NCBI GenBank assembly: GCA_002269645.1
Contig: NIVC01000366.1
Coordinates: forward strand, 186,001-250,000
Direction of reading: 5' to 3'
DNA from: Macrostomum lignano
Lineage: Eukaryota
Length of the DNA stretch: 64,000 nt
Made by a program: the position numbers and the translations under genes. The notes beneath the pieces are model-generated. The model was given only the letters and a program-made list of their open reading frames with translations, made no database searches and was not told the DNA's origin. Within the stretch, counting starts at the first letter, position 1. Each line of letters opens with the position of its first letter. Of this stretch, positions 26,040 through 38,520 are shown piece by piece.

Positions 26040-27110
26040 TGAGAAAGAGGACAGAGAGATGGAGATAGAGTCTAGATGGAGAATAGGGCTGTGAGAGAAT
26101 CTAGAGATGAAAAAGGATCAAGAAACGAAAAAGGAAAGGCAGAGGGAAGGGCAAGGTGAATAGAGGAAAGGAACAAGGTGGGCAGAAGAAAGGCAGAGGG
26201 TACGTAGAGGTAGAGAGAATGTGGGGGATCGGAGAGAGAGGGAGAGATGGGGAGAGGGAGAAATGGGTTAGAGAGAAGGAGAGATGGGGTGTGAGGGAGA
26301 GGTGCTAAGAGAGATGGGAAGAGAGGGAGAGATGGGGGACAGAGAAGAAGAGATGGGGAGGGAGGGAGAGAGAAGGAGGAAGAGACAGAGAGAGAGGGAG
26401 AGAAAGAGAAAAACGGGGGAAGACAGAGAGAGAAATGGGGGGAGAGGGAGAGATAGGGAGAGAGAGGGGGAGGGATGGGGAGGGAGGGAGAGATGGGGAG
26501 GGAGGGAGAGATGGGGAGAGACAGAGAGGGGGAGGGAGAGATGGGAAGAGAGGGATGGATGGGAAGAGATGGGGAGGGAGGGAGAGATGGGGAGGGAGGG
26601 AGAGATGGGGAGGGAGGGAGAGATGGGGAGGGAGGGAGAGATGGGGAGGGAGGGAGAGATGGGGAGAGACGGAGAGATGGGGAGGGAGGGAGAGATGGGG
26701 AGAGACAGAGAGAGGGAGGGAGGGAGAGATGGGGAGAGGGGGGAACGGGGGAGACAGGGGGAGAAATGAGGAAGAGGAAGAAATGGGAAGAGAGGCAGGG
26801 ATGGGGAGAGAGATTGGGAAGGAGGGAGGAAGGGATGGGAACTGAGGGAGGGATGGGGAGAGAGATTGGGAAGGAGGGAGGAAGGGATGGGAACTGAGGG
26901 AGGGATGGGAAGAGAGAAGGGAAAATCGGGGGGGCAGAGGGAAAAATGGGATAGAGGGGGGATGAGAGAGATGGGGAGGGAGGGAGAAATGAGGAGAGAG
27001 AGAGGGAGAGATGGGAAGAGACGGAGAGGTGGGGAGAGAGGGAACGGGTGGGTAGAGAGACAGGAGGATATGGATTGGGGAGATGGTGGGGCAGATGGGG
27101 AGAGGAGTGC
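26040..27110. repeat. Polypurine low-complexity tract (GGGAGAGATGGGGA-like units)
   Basis: Almost purely G/A on the + strand. Confidence 0.95.
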
Positions 27111-27774
27111 ATGGGGTGCTACAAGGGAAGAGAGGCTTGTAAGAATGGTGAGGTGTGATAGGAAGGTTGTGATGCGGAAAGAGAAAGTTAGCTAGGCCCC
27201 TTTTATACATCATGCGATCTCGAGAATTTATATCAAATTTCTGTTCTCTGGATGATTAGCAAAAATTAATCTCAGGGTACAGGAAATCTTATCCTCTGAT
27301 TAATGCAGAATGCAGGTAGTAATAGCTCACGGTATATATTCCCAAAAATGTTCCATTTTACAAGGTTTTGGAGTTGAAAATGTATATTCTAAATTAAAAA
27401 ATCTTTTTTTCTACCAGTACCAGTATATGTTTAAGCGCTTCAATTTTGATAAATCTAATAAATCTACGAGCGTAGATGAAAGACTTTCTATGAGCTATAT
27501 GTATTAGCTAAATGATGACAAGTTGATTCTGCAGTTAGACTCCATTGTCACGCACGTACAATGCCTAAAACGCTAACAATTATCACTGATTCTGAAGTCA
27601 CCAATTAATAAAAGAAACTTAAATTTCGGTTTTTACCTTGATTTAGGTTTATCTCAGCTATTATATATCCATATTTCGTTGAGGACTAAATCTTTGAACT
27701 CAAACAGGTAAAGTGCAACTCTTGCTTGCGGGTGACAGATGTTCGAAGCTTTACTAGATTGCTGTAAAAAAAAA

Positions 27775-28003
27775 ATAATTGATTACACCTGCCCCAATTC
27801 GGCCAGTAGTGCAACCGAAAGCTCAGCCGCAGCTATTGCGCGGCGCATCTGAAGGCTGCGTACGGCTGTTCAGTCCAAGGACTGGGGGGTCGCCACACGC
27901 ACCCTCAATTACGAGCACCCCAGCTAATTCTGGCACCCATTTTACAGCAGGGTGAACTGAATCAATGCAGAGTTAAAGTGTCTTGCTCAAGGACACAAAA
28001 GAT
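27775..28003 (-). mobile_element. 5'-truncated copy of the same SINE
   Basis: Reverse complement of about 18185-18410; lacks the tRNA head. Flanked by an imperfect TSD AGATTGCTGTAA / AGATTACTGCAA. Confidence 0.85.
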
Positions 28004-28029
28004 TACTGCAATGCAATAATTTGAAGATG

Positions 28030-29480
28030 GCTGCTTCGTCAATGCGATCAACGAGTTTGGGAACACTGACTGCATTTACCACAATGGAGAAATGAAAGAC
28101 GAAAATGCGTCAACTAGCTACTGTGCCTTGCCAGCTCTATAGATCGAATTTGCGTCAGGTGATTTTAGACTCGACTGACATTGACTGTGTGACACCAGGC
28201 GGAACGTTCTGTGCATGTGAATCTCCAAACCTGCACGAGTTTGGAGACTGTTGTCAAAAGATCATGCGTCTGTCTACGTCTCATTTCGCTGGGCATGATC
28301 GCCCATTTTGCTAACCCTTGAACAGCCGACGTGTCACCCTGGACGAAGGGTTGACGTAGAGCGCATGAGCTGATTGAAGCTTTTTTCGAAATCACACTCT
28401 TCAGTCAACGATGAGTGTTGGTCATAGGTAGTCCGTGAAGTGAGTCCGACTGAAGCATTAAGCGGTTTCGTCACGTGAGTGGCAAAAACTGCAGTTGGTT
28501 GCATTGCCCTGAAGATTTGGTTCATGGAGAACCATGCAGCCGTGACCTGAGAGCCTGAGATGGGCATTGTTGCAGTCTGGATGCCTCTTCGCGAAAGGTG
28601 CAAGAAAAGCTTCCAGAGCTGGTGAGATGACTGCCTTTAAGTTAGCTTCAGGTGGTGCAGTTTGCCTAAAATCTTGATCCAAATCGAGAGGCCAGTCTGG
28701 GGAGTTCAGATGAGCTGGGAACGTTTTCCGAAGTTGAGACTAAGAAGTATTTGTAGTATTAAAATACATGTAAATGCAATTAATTTTTTTGCTGTCAGAA
28801 GATAAACACGCCCGACAAATGCTTGGAATGCTAGGATTTTCTTTTTAATCTTATCCAGTAAGGAGACGTCGAACTTCCTAAGCCCCTATTGTAGGGTTGG
28901 ACAACGACGTCCGGAATCGGTGGCATTCTGTACCAAAGACGTGCGAGCCTATATTGTTCTTTGAAAAGATCATGTTCTCGTAGGAGTATGCCTAGCGATT
29001 CATCAGTCATTCTGATATCCGTCCCGTTTTGCATGGAACAAAAAAACGGTGGCTAATACCTTCGCCATATCAAAGCTGCAGGTCAGACGTCTGTAGGTAA
29101 CCCACATGAAACTCCAAGTGCTTTATCGGCTTGATGCAAAACGGATGATAGCCACTACTTGACATTCCTGCTTCAAACAGCTTCAAATTGCTGAAGTTGA
29201 TGTCAATTTTGTTAGAGCGATCCAAGAAAGACGCGATTCATGATGATGGACTCGTGACTTTTACGAGTATAAGGATACAATTCTCCATCAAGTCAGCCAA
29301 GGCGTTTTTAAAGGAGTATAGGAGGAGTAAGGAAATGAGACTGAATCACCTAGGCTGCTTAAATGCAGTTAGGATTTTCCATCCAAATACGAGCGCAGAA
29401 GAAAAATGACCTTGAAGGCTTGAAAAATAAGCAAGCGATTCATGGCTTCTGGATAGAACAACAGACGTTTAGACGTTTTC
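28030..29480 (-). pseudogene. Unidentified coding-like relic with many stops
   Basis: GC higher than the flanks, overlapping short ORFs and splice-like sites; no family motif recognised. Confidence 0.25.
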
Positions 29481-29737
29481 AGACACACTTCAAAGTCAAC
29501 TGTCTTTAACTGTCAACGGAAAAAATAAGCCTTGAGGAGAAAGGTTTTGGTAGCTAGTATTTTTTGTCATTAGCTCGTAAAAGGTCGGGCGTTCACCTTA
29601 CGGTAGAGTACTTGTTGCGATCTACCAGCGATTTTTGTTTTTGAGTCAGACCTCTGATGGAGTCAACTGCCGTGCAGTTTTGCCGAATCGAGACTTTTCG
29701 AAGGGCTCGTCAAGCATTTTCTCCGAATAATTACCGA

Positions 29738-31960
29738 GAGAGGGGTGGAGAGGAAGGGAGAGGGGTGGAGAGGAAGGGAGAGGGGTGGAGAGGAAAGAAG
29801 GGGGTGGAGAGGAAGGAAAGGGTGGAGAGGAAGGGAGAGGAAGGGAGAGGAAGGGAGAGGAAGGAAGAGGGGTGGAGAGGAAGGGAGAGGGGTTGAGAGG
29901 AAGGGAGAGGAAGGAAGAGGGGTGGAGAGGAAGGGAGAGGGATTGAGAGGAAGGGAGAGGAAGGGAGAGGGGTGGAGAGGAAGGGAAAAAAAGGGAGAGG
30001 GGTGGAGAGGAAAGAAGAAGGGTGAAGAAGAAGGGAGAGGAAGGGAGAGAGGGGTGGAGAGGAAGGGAGAGAGAGTGGAGAGGAAGGGAGAGAGGGGTGG
30101 AGAGGAAGGGAGAGGAAGTAAGAGGAAGGGAGAGGGGTGGAGAGGAAGGAAGAGGAAGGGAGAGGAAGGGAGAATAAGGGAGAGGGGTGAAGAGGAAAGA
30201 AGAGGGGTGGAGAGGAAGGGAGAGGGCTGGAGAGGAAGGGAGAGGGGTGGAGAGGAAGGGAGAGGGGTGGAGAGGAAAGAAGGGGGTGGAGAGGAAGGAA
30301 TGGGTGGAGAGGAAGGGAGAGGAGTGGAGAGGAAGGGAGAGGGGTGGAGAGGAAGGGAGAGGAAGGGAGAGGAAGGGAGAGGAAGGAAGAGGGGTGGAGA
30401 GGAAGGCAGAGGGGTTGAGAGGAAGGGAGAGGAAGGAAGAGGGGTGGAGAGGAAGGGAGAGGGATTGAGAGGAAGGGAGAGGAAGGGAGAGGGGTGGAGA
30501 GGAAGGGAGAGAGGGGTGGAGAGGAAGGGAGAGAGGGTGGAGAGGAAGGGAGAGAGGGGTGGAGAGGAAGGGAGAGGAAGTAAGAGGAAGGGAGAGGGGT
30601 GGAGAGGAAGGGAGAGGAAGGGAGAGGAAGGGAGAGGAAGGAAGAGGGGTGGAGAGGAAGGGAGAGGGGTTGAGAGGAAGGGAGAGGAAGGAAGAGGGGT
30701 GGAGAGGAAGGGGTGGAGGAAGGGAGAGGGAGAGGGTGGAGAGGAAGGGAGAGGGAGAGAGGAAGAGAGAGGAAGGGAGAGGAGAGGAAGAGAATAAGGG
30801 AGAGGGGTGGAGAGGAAAGAAGAAGGGTGAAGAAGAAGGGAGAGGAAGGGAGAGAGGGGTGGAGAGGAAGGGAGAGAGGGTGGAGAGGAAGGGAGAGAGG
30901 GGTGGAGAGGAAGGGAGAGGAAGGGAGAGGAAGGGAGAGGGGGTGGAGAGGAAGGGAGAGGGGGAGAGGAAGGGAGAGGAAGGAAGAGGGGTGGAGAGGA
31001 AGGGAGAGAGGAAGGGAGAGGAAGGTTGAGAGGAAGGGAGAGGAAGGAAGAGGGGTGAGAGAGGAAGGGAAGAAGAGGAAGGGACAGAAGGAAGGGAGAA
31101 GTAAGGAGAAAGGTAAGAAAATGAAAAGAGAGAGGAAAGAAGAAGGGTGGAGAAGAAGAGGAAGAGAGGGGTGGAGAGGAAGGGAGAGGGGTGGAGAGGA
31201 AGGGAGAGAGGGGTGGAGAGGAAGGGAGAGGAAGGGAGAGGGGTTGAGAGGAAGGGAGAGGGGTGGAGAGGAAGGGAGAGAGGGGTGGAGAGGAAGGGAG
31301 AGGAAGGGAGAGGGGTTGAGAGGAAGGGAGAGGAAGGAAGAGGGGTGGAGAGGAAGGGACAGAAGGAAGGGAGAAGTAAGGAGAAAGGTAAGAAAATGAA
31401 AAGAGAGAGGAAAGAAGAAGGGTGGAGAAGAAGGGAGAGGAAGGAAGAGGGGTTGAGAGGAAGGGAGAGGGGTGGAGAGGAAGGGAGAGGAAGGAAGAGG
31501 GGTGGAGAGGAAGGGACAGAAGGAAGGGAGAAGTAAGGAGAAAGGTAAGAAAATGAAAAGAGAGAGGAAGAAGAGGAAGGGAGAGAAGGGGGCGGAGAGG
31601 AAGGGAGAATGGGTAGAAAAAAGGGAGAGAAGAGAAGGAGAGAGGGTGGAGAGGAAGGGATAGGAAAAAGGGAGATTAGAAATTGAAGTGAGAGGGAGAA
31701 GAGGAAGGGAGAGAGGGGAGAAAAGGGCAGAAGAGACGCAAAGAGAGGGAGGACGAGAAAAGCAATATGGCCGGAGGGGAGCAGGTTGATTGAAAGATGA
31801 AGATTGGGTAAGAGAGAGAGAAGAAATTATAATGTAATGAGAGACTGAGAGAGAGAGACCAGGGGAGGAGAAAAAGAGAAAAGGAGAAGAGAGGGATGAG
31901 ACGGTTGAAAGGGAAGGAGAGATGGGAGCGGAGAGAGGGAAGATGAGAGAGGGGATCTGA
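29738..31960. repeat. 2.2-kb polypurine minisatellite (GAGAGGAAGG / GGGGTGGAGAGGAAGGGA units)
   Basis: Direct inspection; contains internal higher-order duplications. Confidence 0.97.
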
Positions 31961-32237
31961 GAAGATACAGAAATGAAAATAAGAGAGGAGTGAGAAATAA
32001 GGGTAGTGAGAGGCACTGGAGCAGTGATCTGTTAGAGCAGGAACAGTGTTAATTTCTCAATGTCTAATTGTCTTGCTGTTTTACAACTTCCAACATCAGT
32101 AGCTTTAAGGGGTCAATTTACGTCACCTGTGTCCTATCTACTTATCTAAACTCCTCTAACCCAGCTAATTAATTAAAGCATACAAACAACAGCAAACCCT
32201 GCACCTAAGCATGAAAAAGACGCAGTGAGTCTGCATG

Positions 32238-34110
32238 CTACTCGAACCTCACGGGCGCCTCGGCTCGAATCACCTTCCGACAGATGGGGCATGTCTGCAG
32301 GTTGGCAGAGCAGCGGCTGCAGCAGCACAGGTGACCGCAGTCCAGCAGAATTACGTTAATCCGATGGACCATGCACACCTTGCAGGTGCGCCAGTCCGTC
32401 TCGGGCGACTCCTCCGGCTCTCCAAACGCTGACGAGCTTCGCAGACGGTGCAGCTCGGCCTCTCTGAATGTTTCGATGTCCATGGAACGCACAGTCAGAG
32501 CGTCGTGTTGGCTGACAACGGCCGCCAGCAGCTGTTCAGAAGTCGCGAAGTCGTCACCCTCAAACATCAGCCGCATCTCCATTGCTGTGCGAACCTCGGT
32601 AGCTGAGAATCCCAGACGGATGGCCATTCGAGCTGACGGAACGTCGGATCGTGCTCGGATCTCTCTCGACTCGATTCGGTACCTGACTCCCAGGTTTCCA
32701 GAGTACGACATTTTCACCTGTGATTGTTGCTCATCCTGCCGTCCATGATTACGGCTCGAGCTCAGGATCTCTGAAAAGCGGGCCACAACGTCAGGCGCCA
32801 CGAACTGTCGAACCCGTCTCACGAACGCGGCGCCTCGACTGCTCAGCAGGTGGCCGCACCTCGGAGACCACGCGGCGTGGGCGATCGACGCGTTGCCGAG
32901 CAGCTGGGAGCCTGCAACGGACAGCCGCAGGTTACACGCGAAGCAGATCAGCAAGTTGAACGTCCCGGCCGTCTGCAGGAAGAACCCCGCTGACGCGAAC
33001 TGATCTGCCGGCTCAAACAGCTCGATGTTCTCGAGAGTCCTCAGTCGGTCGCTCTGACGGACGAAGCTCGGATGCTCGATCGGCAACCGAGACGCCTCGA
33101 GCTCGAGCATCTCGAGTGCCTGCACCGCTCGAGGCTCCGCGGCTGACCGCAGCGTCTGCGGCGGAGGCAGCGGCGTCTGGGAAGCTGCAGCGAGAATTTC
33201 CGGTTCCGACGGTCTCTGCTGACGTCCCGCGCTTCCGTCCGACATCGCCAGCGACCGCCACTCGTCCTCCGTCCGGGGCTCCGTCACAACCTCCTCCGAC
33301 GTCTCAGAGGCCTCGCTGCACTGCTCTGACTGCGACACGCCGTCCATCTCGAGGTCCGGCTTGTTGCCGACGTCCATCCCCAGCACGAACGGACACGTGG
33401 GGAACTGCCTGGCGTGCAGCCGCATCGGCGACTCTCCTTCAGCGAGGCTGCCGGACTCCAGCGCTCCCTGGCAGAAGGCGCACCGAACTCGGCCATCTGT
33501 GGCCGATTGGAACAGCCCCGCCGATGCCATCCACCTCGCCGTGTCAGCAGTCACCGATGGGCCGAAGCTGAGAGCTCTGGCCGACTCCGACATCATCTCC
33601 CTGACTGCCCCGCTGCCCTCGGCGAAGCTGAGCTGCTGGGGCACGCGGCTGTCGCTGCTGGCTCCAGTGTAGTAGCGGAGCAGCTTGCAGATCGCTGAGC
33701 TGACCGCATGACCTGCTGACCCGCTTGCTTGAGGAGTTTTCAGAAACTTTGTTGAAAAATATTGTAGTGCCATGCCAAGCATTGCGAGGTACGGAATGTT
33801 TAAGGCTGACTGAAACCCTGAAATCCCTAGATTTTGGATATGATTGATTATCTGAGTGTAACAAAGCGTCATTGCGTTATTTCCTCCCTCCAGTTTCTTG
33901 GCAACTTTTTGTTTTCCTTCTGTTTCCAATGAAATCATGTTTTCGAACAGAGCTCGGGTTTTATTGGTAAACCATTTAAAAGCATTCCACGCCGTTCTTC
34001 TGAAGCTGACCTTCTTGTCCTCCTGATCTGGCGTTTCCGACGACCTTGATCCAGAAATCGAGTTTTGAGCTGCCTGTTCTGCAAGTGGTTGTGGAGATTG
34101 TTGAATAAAC
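32238..34110 (-). CDS. Inhibitor of apoptosis protein, copy 1 (2 BIR + UBA + RING). The frame is open from a putative acceptor at 34110; first ATG at 33938 gives 566 aa
   Basis: BIR CAFC-x18-H-ARQFPT-C; BIR RLRTL..ASAGF..CFAC-x18-H-AAWSPR-C; UBA-like AIRLGFS..; IAP-type RING CKVCMVHRINVILLDCGHLCCCSRCSANLQTCPICR. Confidence 0.9.
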
Positions 34111-35113
34111 CTTGAGTAATTTCTTATATGCTAAAAATTTTGCCTTAATTTAAGCTTTAAAATTCCTGTATGCACTACTATTACAAACCTTTAATAGCGA
34201 TCTTTTATTGTTCTTTTCTGTTGTGCTGTTAAATTTGTGTGTCATGTAAAAATTATGACGGTAAACTGACATATGGAAGTATAGAACCCAAATTTATCTA
34301 CATCTACTTCGGTTTTTCAAACCCTCACCGAAGCCCAAACCGAAGTTCATTTTCTAAGTAAGCATATGTCGTTAAAAATTAAGCATATGCCAATCTTAAG
34401 AAAGTTCATTCCGACTCCGACGCGAAATTGTGTAGTCCTGAACTTACTGTTAGCCAGCCAAACAGGCAAAACAGTAAGGGATTTCCACACTACCGATGAC
34501 ATTGCCACTCTATTGTCTCTTATAAAACACGATGAGAGCAGAAAGCTTAAGAGACCTTTCCATTTTGTCCTCTTCTACTTAAAAAATGCGGTTGACATGG
34601 GTGAATCATTCTACGAGCTATACAATTCAAAAAAACTTAAAGTCCTCAATATTAGCCCAGAATTTATCCACGCAATTGAGACTATCTACCCATGGAGGCA
34701 AAAGTTCAAGTAAAAGTGTCTGACGGTACAGATTTCTAAGTTGAAAGGCCACAGCAAAACTTTCATCATGATTAAGGAGGTACTTCATAAACAAACTGCT
34801 ATACTGATGAGTGGGATTTGATCTAAACACGGAGGGGACCATATAGCTCGTAGATACCCACGCAGTGAAACGCGGCGAAAACTGCGGTTATCCCATAATG
34901 CTTCATATAAAAAAAGTTGGCCTTGGAGCAGCAAAGCACCGACAACTCAGTCTCTTTTTTGCGCAGTCATGGTTAAATGCAGTGTTCTTTACGCCTCTGA
35001 GGCCTGGGGAGTTTTCATTTCCTGGAACCAAAGTCTAATCCAGAGGATCAATTTAAGCTCTTGAAAGGCGATTCTACAAGTTAGAAAAAATACTGACAGT
35101 AATGGGGGGTTGT

Positions 35114-35205
35114 CTGGAGGTGAGAATTCATGGTAATGGCCAAATTGACACTCGCGGCGATAACCGCTCGTGTCTATGGCCATTACCATGAATTCTCACT
35201 TCCAG
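35114..35205. other. 92-nt stem-loop (pre-miRNA-like or micro-MITE)
   Basis: 29-bp arms CTGGAGGTGAGAATTCATGGTAATGGCCA / TGGCCATTACCATGAATTCTCACTTCCAG, plus inner GACAC/GTGTC and GCGG/CCGC stems. Confidence 0.6.
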
Positions 35206-36204
35206 CAAACTTCATTGGTCAATTTGTCCATCAGGATCCGAGTGGGAAGGGGGAATGGGAGTGAATGAACAACCATAGACTATTTTATTTTACGCTCATA
35301 GACTCGTTTGTTTTCTAAAATGATATCACCGGTAAATTGCTTTATTGTCAATTTCAAACTATGACGGGTCATTGCTTGAATTCAATTGCCTTAGCGTAAA
35401 TTACCATAGACATTTTGAACAATGGAGCCCGCTCAGAGCTAGGTAGACTGTCTTTATTATACAATATCCAGAAGAGAACTATATACGAGGTGCCGGGTCT
35501 CACTAGTAAATCGCCCAGACACCATCATCTCGAGACTAGCCAACATGGCTGAGTAGCAAATATCAATCAGAACCCACAAAGATAGTTTTGAACTAAAAAG
35601 AGTCGAGACCTCTACAAAGATACTTGTCACTTCTACTACAACTTCATATGGTACTAATCAACCGAAAAGAATGTCCTAGACATTTTCAATCCAGAATTTA
35701 AGCGCACCCTGTCACAGTTTAGATTAGCCAAACAATTAACTGGCCTGCGAAACAATGAGGACTGTGAGACCAAAGACCCCTTACGAGAATTGGACCTACC
35801 CAAAGTGCCATGTGCTGGGGGGGGGGGGGGGTAGAATGTGAAGTTCACTTCCCATACAAGTGCAGATGGAACTTTTAGTGCCTCCTTCGGCTTCAGGGAT
35901 CAATTAGAACAGGAAATCTCAGTCAAAGTTTCTAATACTAAACCTTACTGCAAATGTTTAAGTATTTTACGCACTTAGTTTTAATAAAAATAATCGTTGT
36001 CTCAAGATAGCTAAAGTTTATGTGATTTTCATAAGCTGCTAAGGTCAGAGTTTTTTATAAAGGGAAAAATGCGTACATGTGTTCAAAGACTTGTCTTGAT
36101 GAGCTTTCCTAAATTTATATACTTCGCAATTTAAGCAAGGACCACTGGGTCTTTCGCTTTTTGGTTCTTGGATTTAGGACTGAGATTTTAACACTGGCGC
36201 CACC

Positions 36205-36910
36205 TGTCTCTTCAGGTGGGCGCCCCTGTCTCTTCGGTGGACGCCCCTGTCTCTTCGGCGGACGCCCCTGTCTCTTCGGTGGACGCCCCTGTCTCTTAGG
36301 TGGACGCTCCTGTTTCTTAGGTGGACATCCCTGTTTCTTAGGTGGACGCTCCTGTTTCTTAGGTGGACGCTCCTGTTTCTTAGGTGGACGCCCCTGTTTC
36401 TTAGGTGGACGCCCCTGTCTCTTAGGTGGACGCCCCTGTCTCTTAGGTGGACGCTCCTGTTTCTTAGGTGGACGCCCCTGTTTCTTAGGTGGACGCTCCT
36501 GTTTCTTAGGTGGACGCTCCTGTTTCTTAGGTGGACGCCCCTGTTTCTTAGGTGGACGCCCCTGTTTCTTAGGTGGACGCCCCTGTTTCTTCGGTGGACG
36601 CCCCTGTCTCTTCGGTGGACGCCCCTGTTTCTTAGGTGGACGCCCCTGTCTCTTAGGTGGACGCTCCTGTTTCTTAGGTGGACGCCCCTGTTTCTTAGGT
36701 GGACGCTCCTGTTTCTTAGGTGGACGCCCCTGTTTCTTAGGTGGACGCCCCTGTTTCTTAGGTGGACGCCCCTGTTTCTTAGGTGGACGCCCCTGTTTCT
36801 TAGGTGGACGCCCCTGTTTCTTAGGTGGACGCCCCTGTTTCTTAGGTGGACGCTCCTGTCTCTTAGGTGGACGCCCCTGTCTCTTAGGTGGACGCCCCTC
36901 TCTCTTAGCT
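36205..36910. repeat. 21-bp minisatellite, about 33 copies (GGTGGACGCCCCTGTTTCTTA)
   Basis: Direct inspection. Confidence 0.97.
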
Positions 36911-38315
36911 GGGCAAAAAGGCGGCACTGTATACTGATGTAAATTTTGCTTAAATTAGATAAAATGTGCTGGCTCACCTGTATAACCATTGTTGCTCATT
37001 TTTCATGTTTTTCTTTCTATGGGTAACGTTTCTAGTAATATAGAGGAAGTGGATTCAAAAATGTAACATAAGACTTTTTAATAGTTAACTATGAAAGCAG
37101 CTAGCGAAATGCGCTCGTACCTTGTAAACTGCTGCCCCCAAAAATGCGTACACTGGTAGGAATGTACAAGTTGCGTACATTTTGCCTCGAGAATTGTTTG
37201 TAGGTCAGTTGTTTGGAATTATTGCAATAGTTTCTACAGCTAATACACATGGAATATATGGAAAGGGAACTCGCTAGAGTCTAGACGTACACTCTTAATG
37301 AGTAATGACCTTAGATGTCATTACAACGGCTAATATACTCGTATAAAAAGCCCTGGCTTGTTTAAAAAACCTTTACATCAAGCCGAGTGTTTTGAAAAAG
37401 TAACAAAATCTTGTTTTAAGTGTCTGACTTGTTATTGAAAAGATCAGCTTGCGAATTCTTCACTGCTGTTGAAAGCCTTGTTTGCTAAAGTAGAAATAAT
37501 GAAACTTTGACCTCAGTCTGCTCGAAGAAGACGCGAAGACGAGAAGACTCGAACGATTTGTGTCTGCTGACAGATATGATGTCAGAGTGCTAAGTGTCTA
37601 CCAGTACAATGACTGCTACAATCGTAGCTTTGATTTTCTACAGATGGGAGCCAATAATCAATTTGACCATGAACTGCAGTGTACTCATATCTAATTTCAT
37701 TTTATTAGCTAAATTTAATGCTTCTATTTACAATACAAACTAACCAGATTAACTAGATATATTTACAAGCTGACTTGGAAAGGAGTATAGAGCTTATTTA
37801 CTGAACAATTTCAATGAAATTGAAATAATCAAGTAAAGATAAAAATCCTCTCAAACAAGAACAACTAAAGTGAAGTAAAGTCGCTTCTTCCTCGTGTAAA
37901 GTAGATCCAGAATTGTAGTCCTTTAAGCATAGCTTTCAGCTACAAGAGCCTAGAGCCTTTCTTTTGCTGCGTACAAAAAATGTACATTTAGCCTGTGTAA
38001 AATTCTATTTATAGCTTGCTAAAAATTTAGTATCTGCGTTAGTTCCATGTTCATGTTCCAATGATAATCAGAGATAGCATAGATCTCCTTACCAGTAACT
38101 TAACTTAAGTTATATGCTACTGCATAGATATGCATAGTAGCTTAAGCCAAAAGCCAAAAGCCAAAATCCTGAATCTTCGGCTAAGCGTACTACTTTTTAG
38201 TACAAATACAAAGTACAAGTACAAATCACTGAATCAAGGAGTTCTATAACTAGCATCTGGAGTGCAAACGAGCTTTCGGAAAAGGTCAAACTATAAGTGA
38301 AAGTGACCAACAAAT

Positions 38316-38520
38316 TTAGAGCTGATGCGCACACACGTGCTCGATGAAATTTGGAAATTTGAAGGCTACACTGAGGCGCAGTGCTGATTGGCGCACAGGG
38401 GTGTACTGAATACACTGGCGCTTATAGGAAAAATCCGACCTTCTGGCAGAATCGTTGAATATCTCGACCGGAGGGCTGAGGACTTGATTCCTGTTTGAGA
38501 AGGTACGCAACAACTAAATT
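38316..38520 (-). pseudogene. Diverged inverted copy of 54250-54468 (possible small ORF/exon, disrupted here)
   Basis: RSRYSTILPEGRIF..TPLCANQHCASV* versus RSRYSTILPRGRFF..TPLCTNQKCASVQ; both copies end CAT CAG CTC stop. Confidence 0.5.

Noticed and set aside
26072-32016. Large Pro/Ser/Leu and Gly/Glu/Arg ORFs, up to 761 aa
   Set aside because: Stop-free by composition of the polypurine tracts.
32371-33864. Multiple overlapping antisense ORFs over the IAP and Gypsy coding regions
   Set aside because: Expected shadows of GC-rich coding sequence.
36115-36989. Collagen-like or basic repeat ORFs (GRPPKKQ)n
   Set aside because: A 21-bp minisatellite open in several frames on both strands, with no non-repetitive coding flanks.
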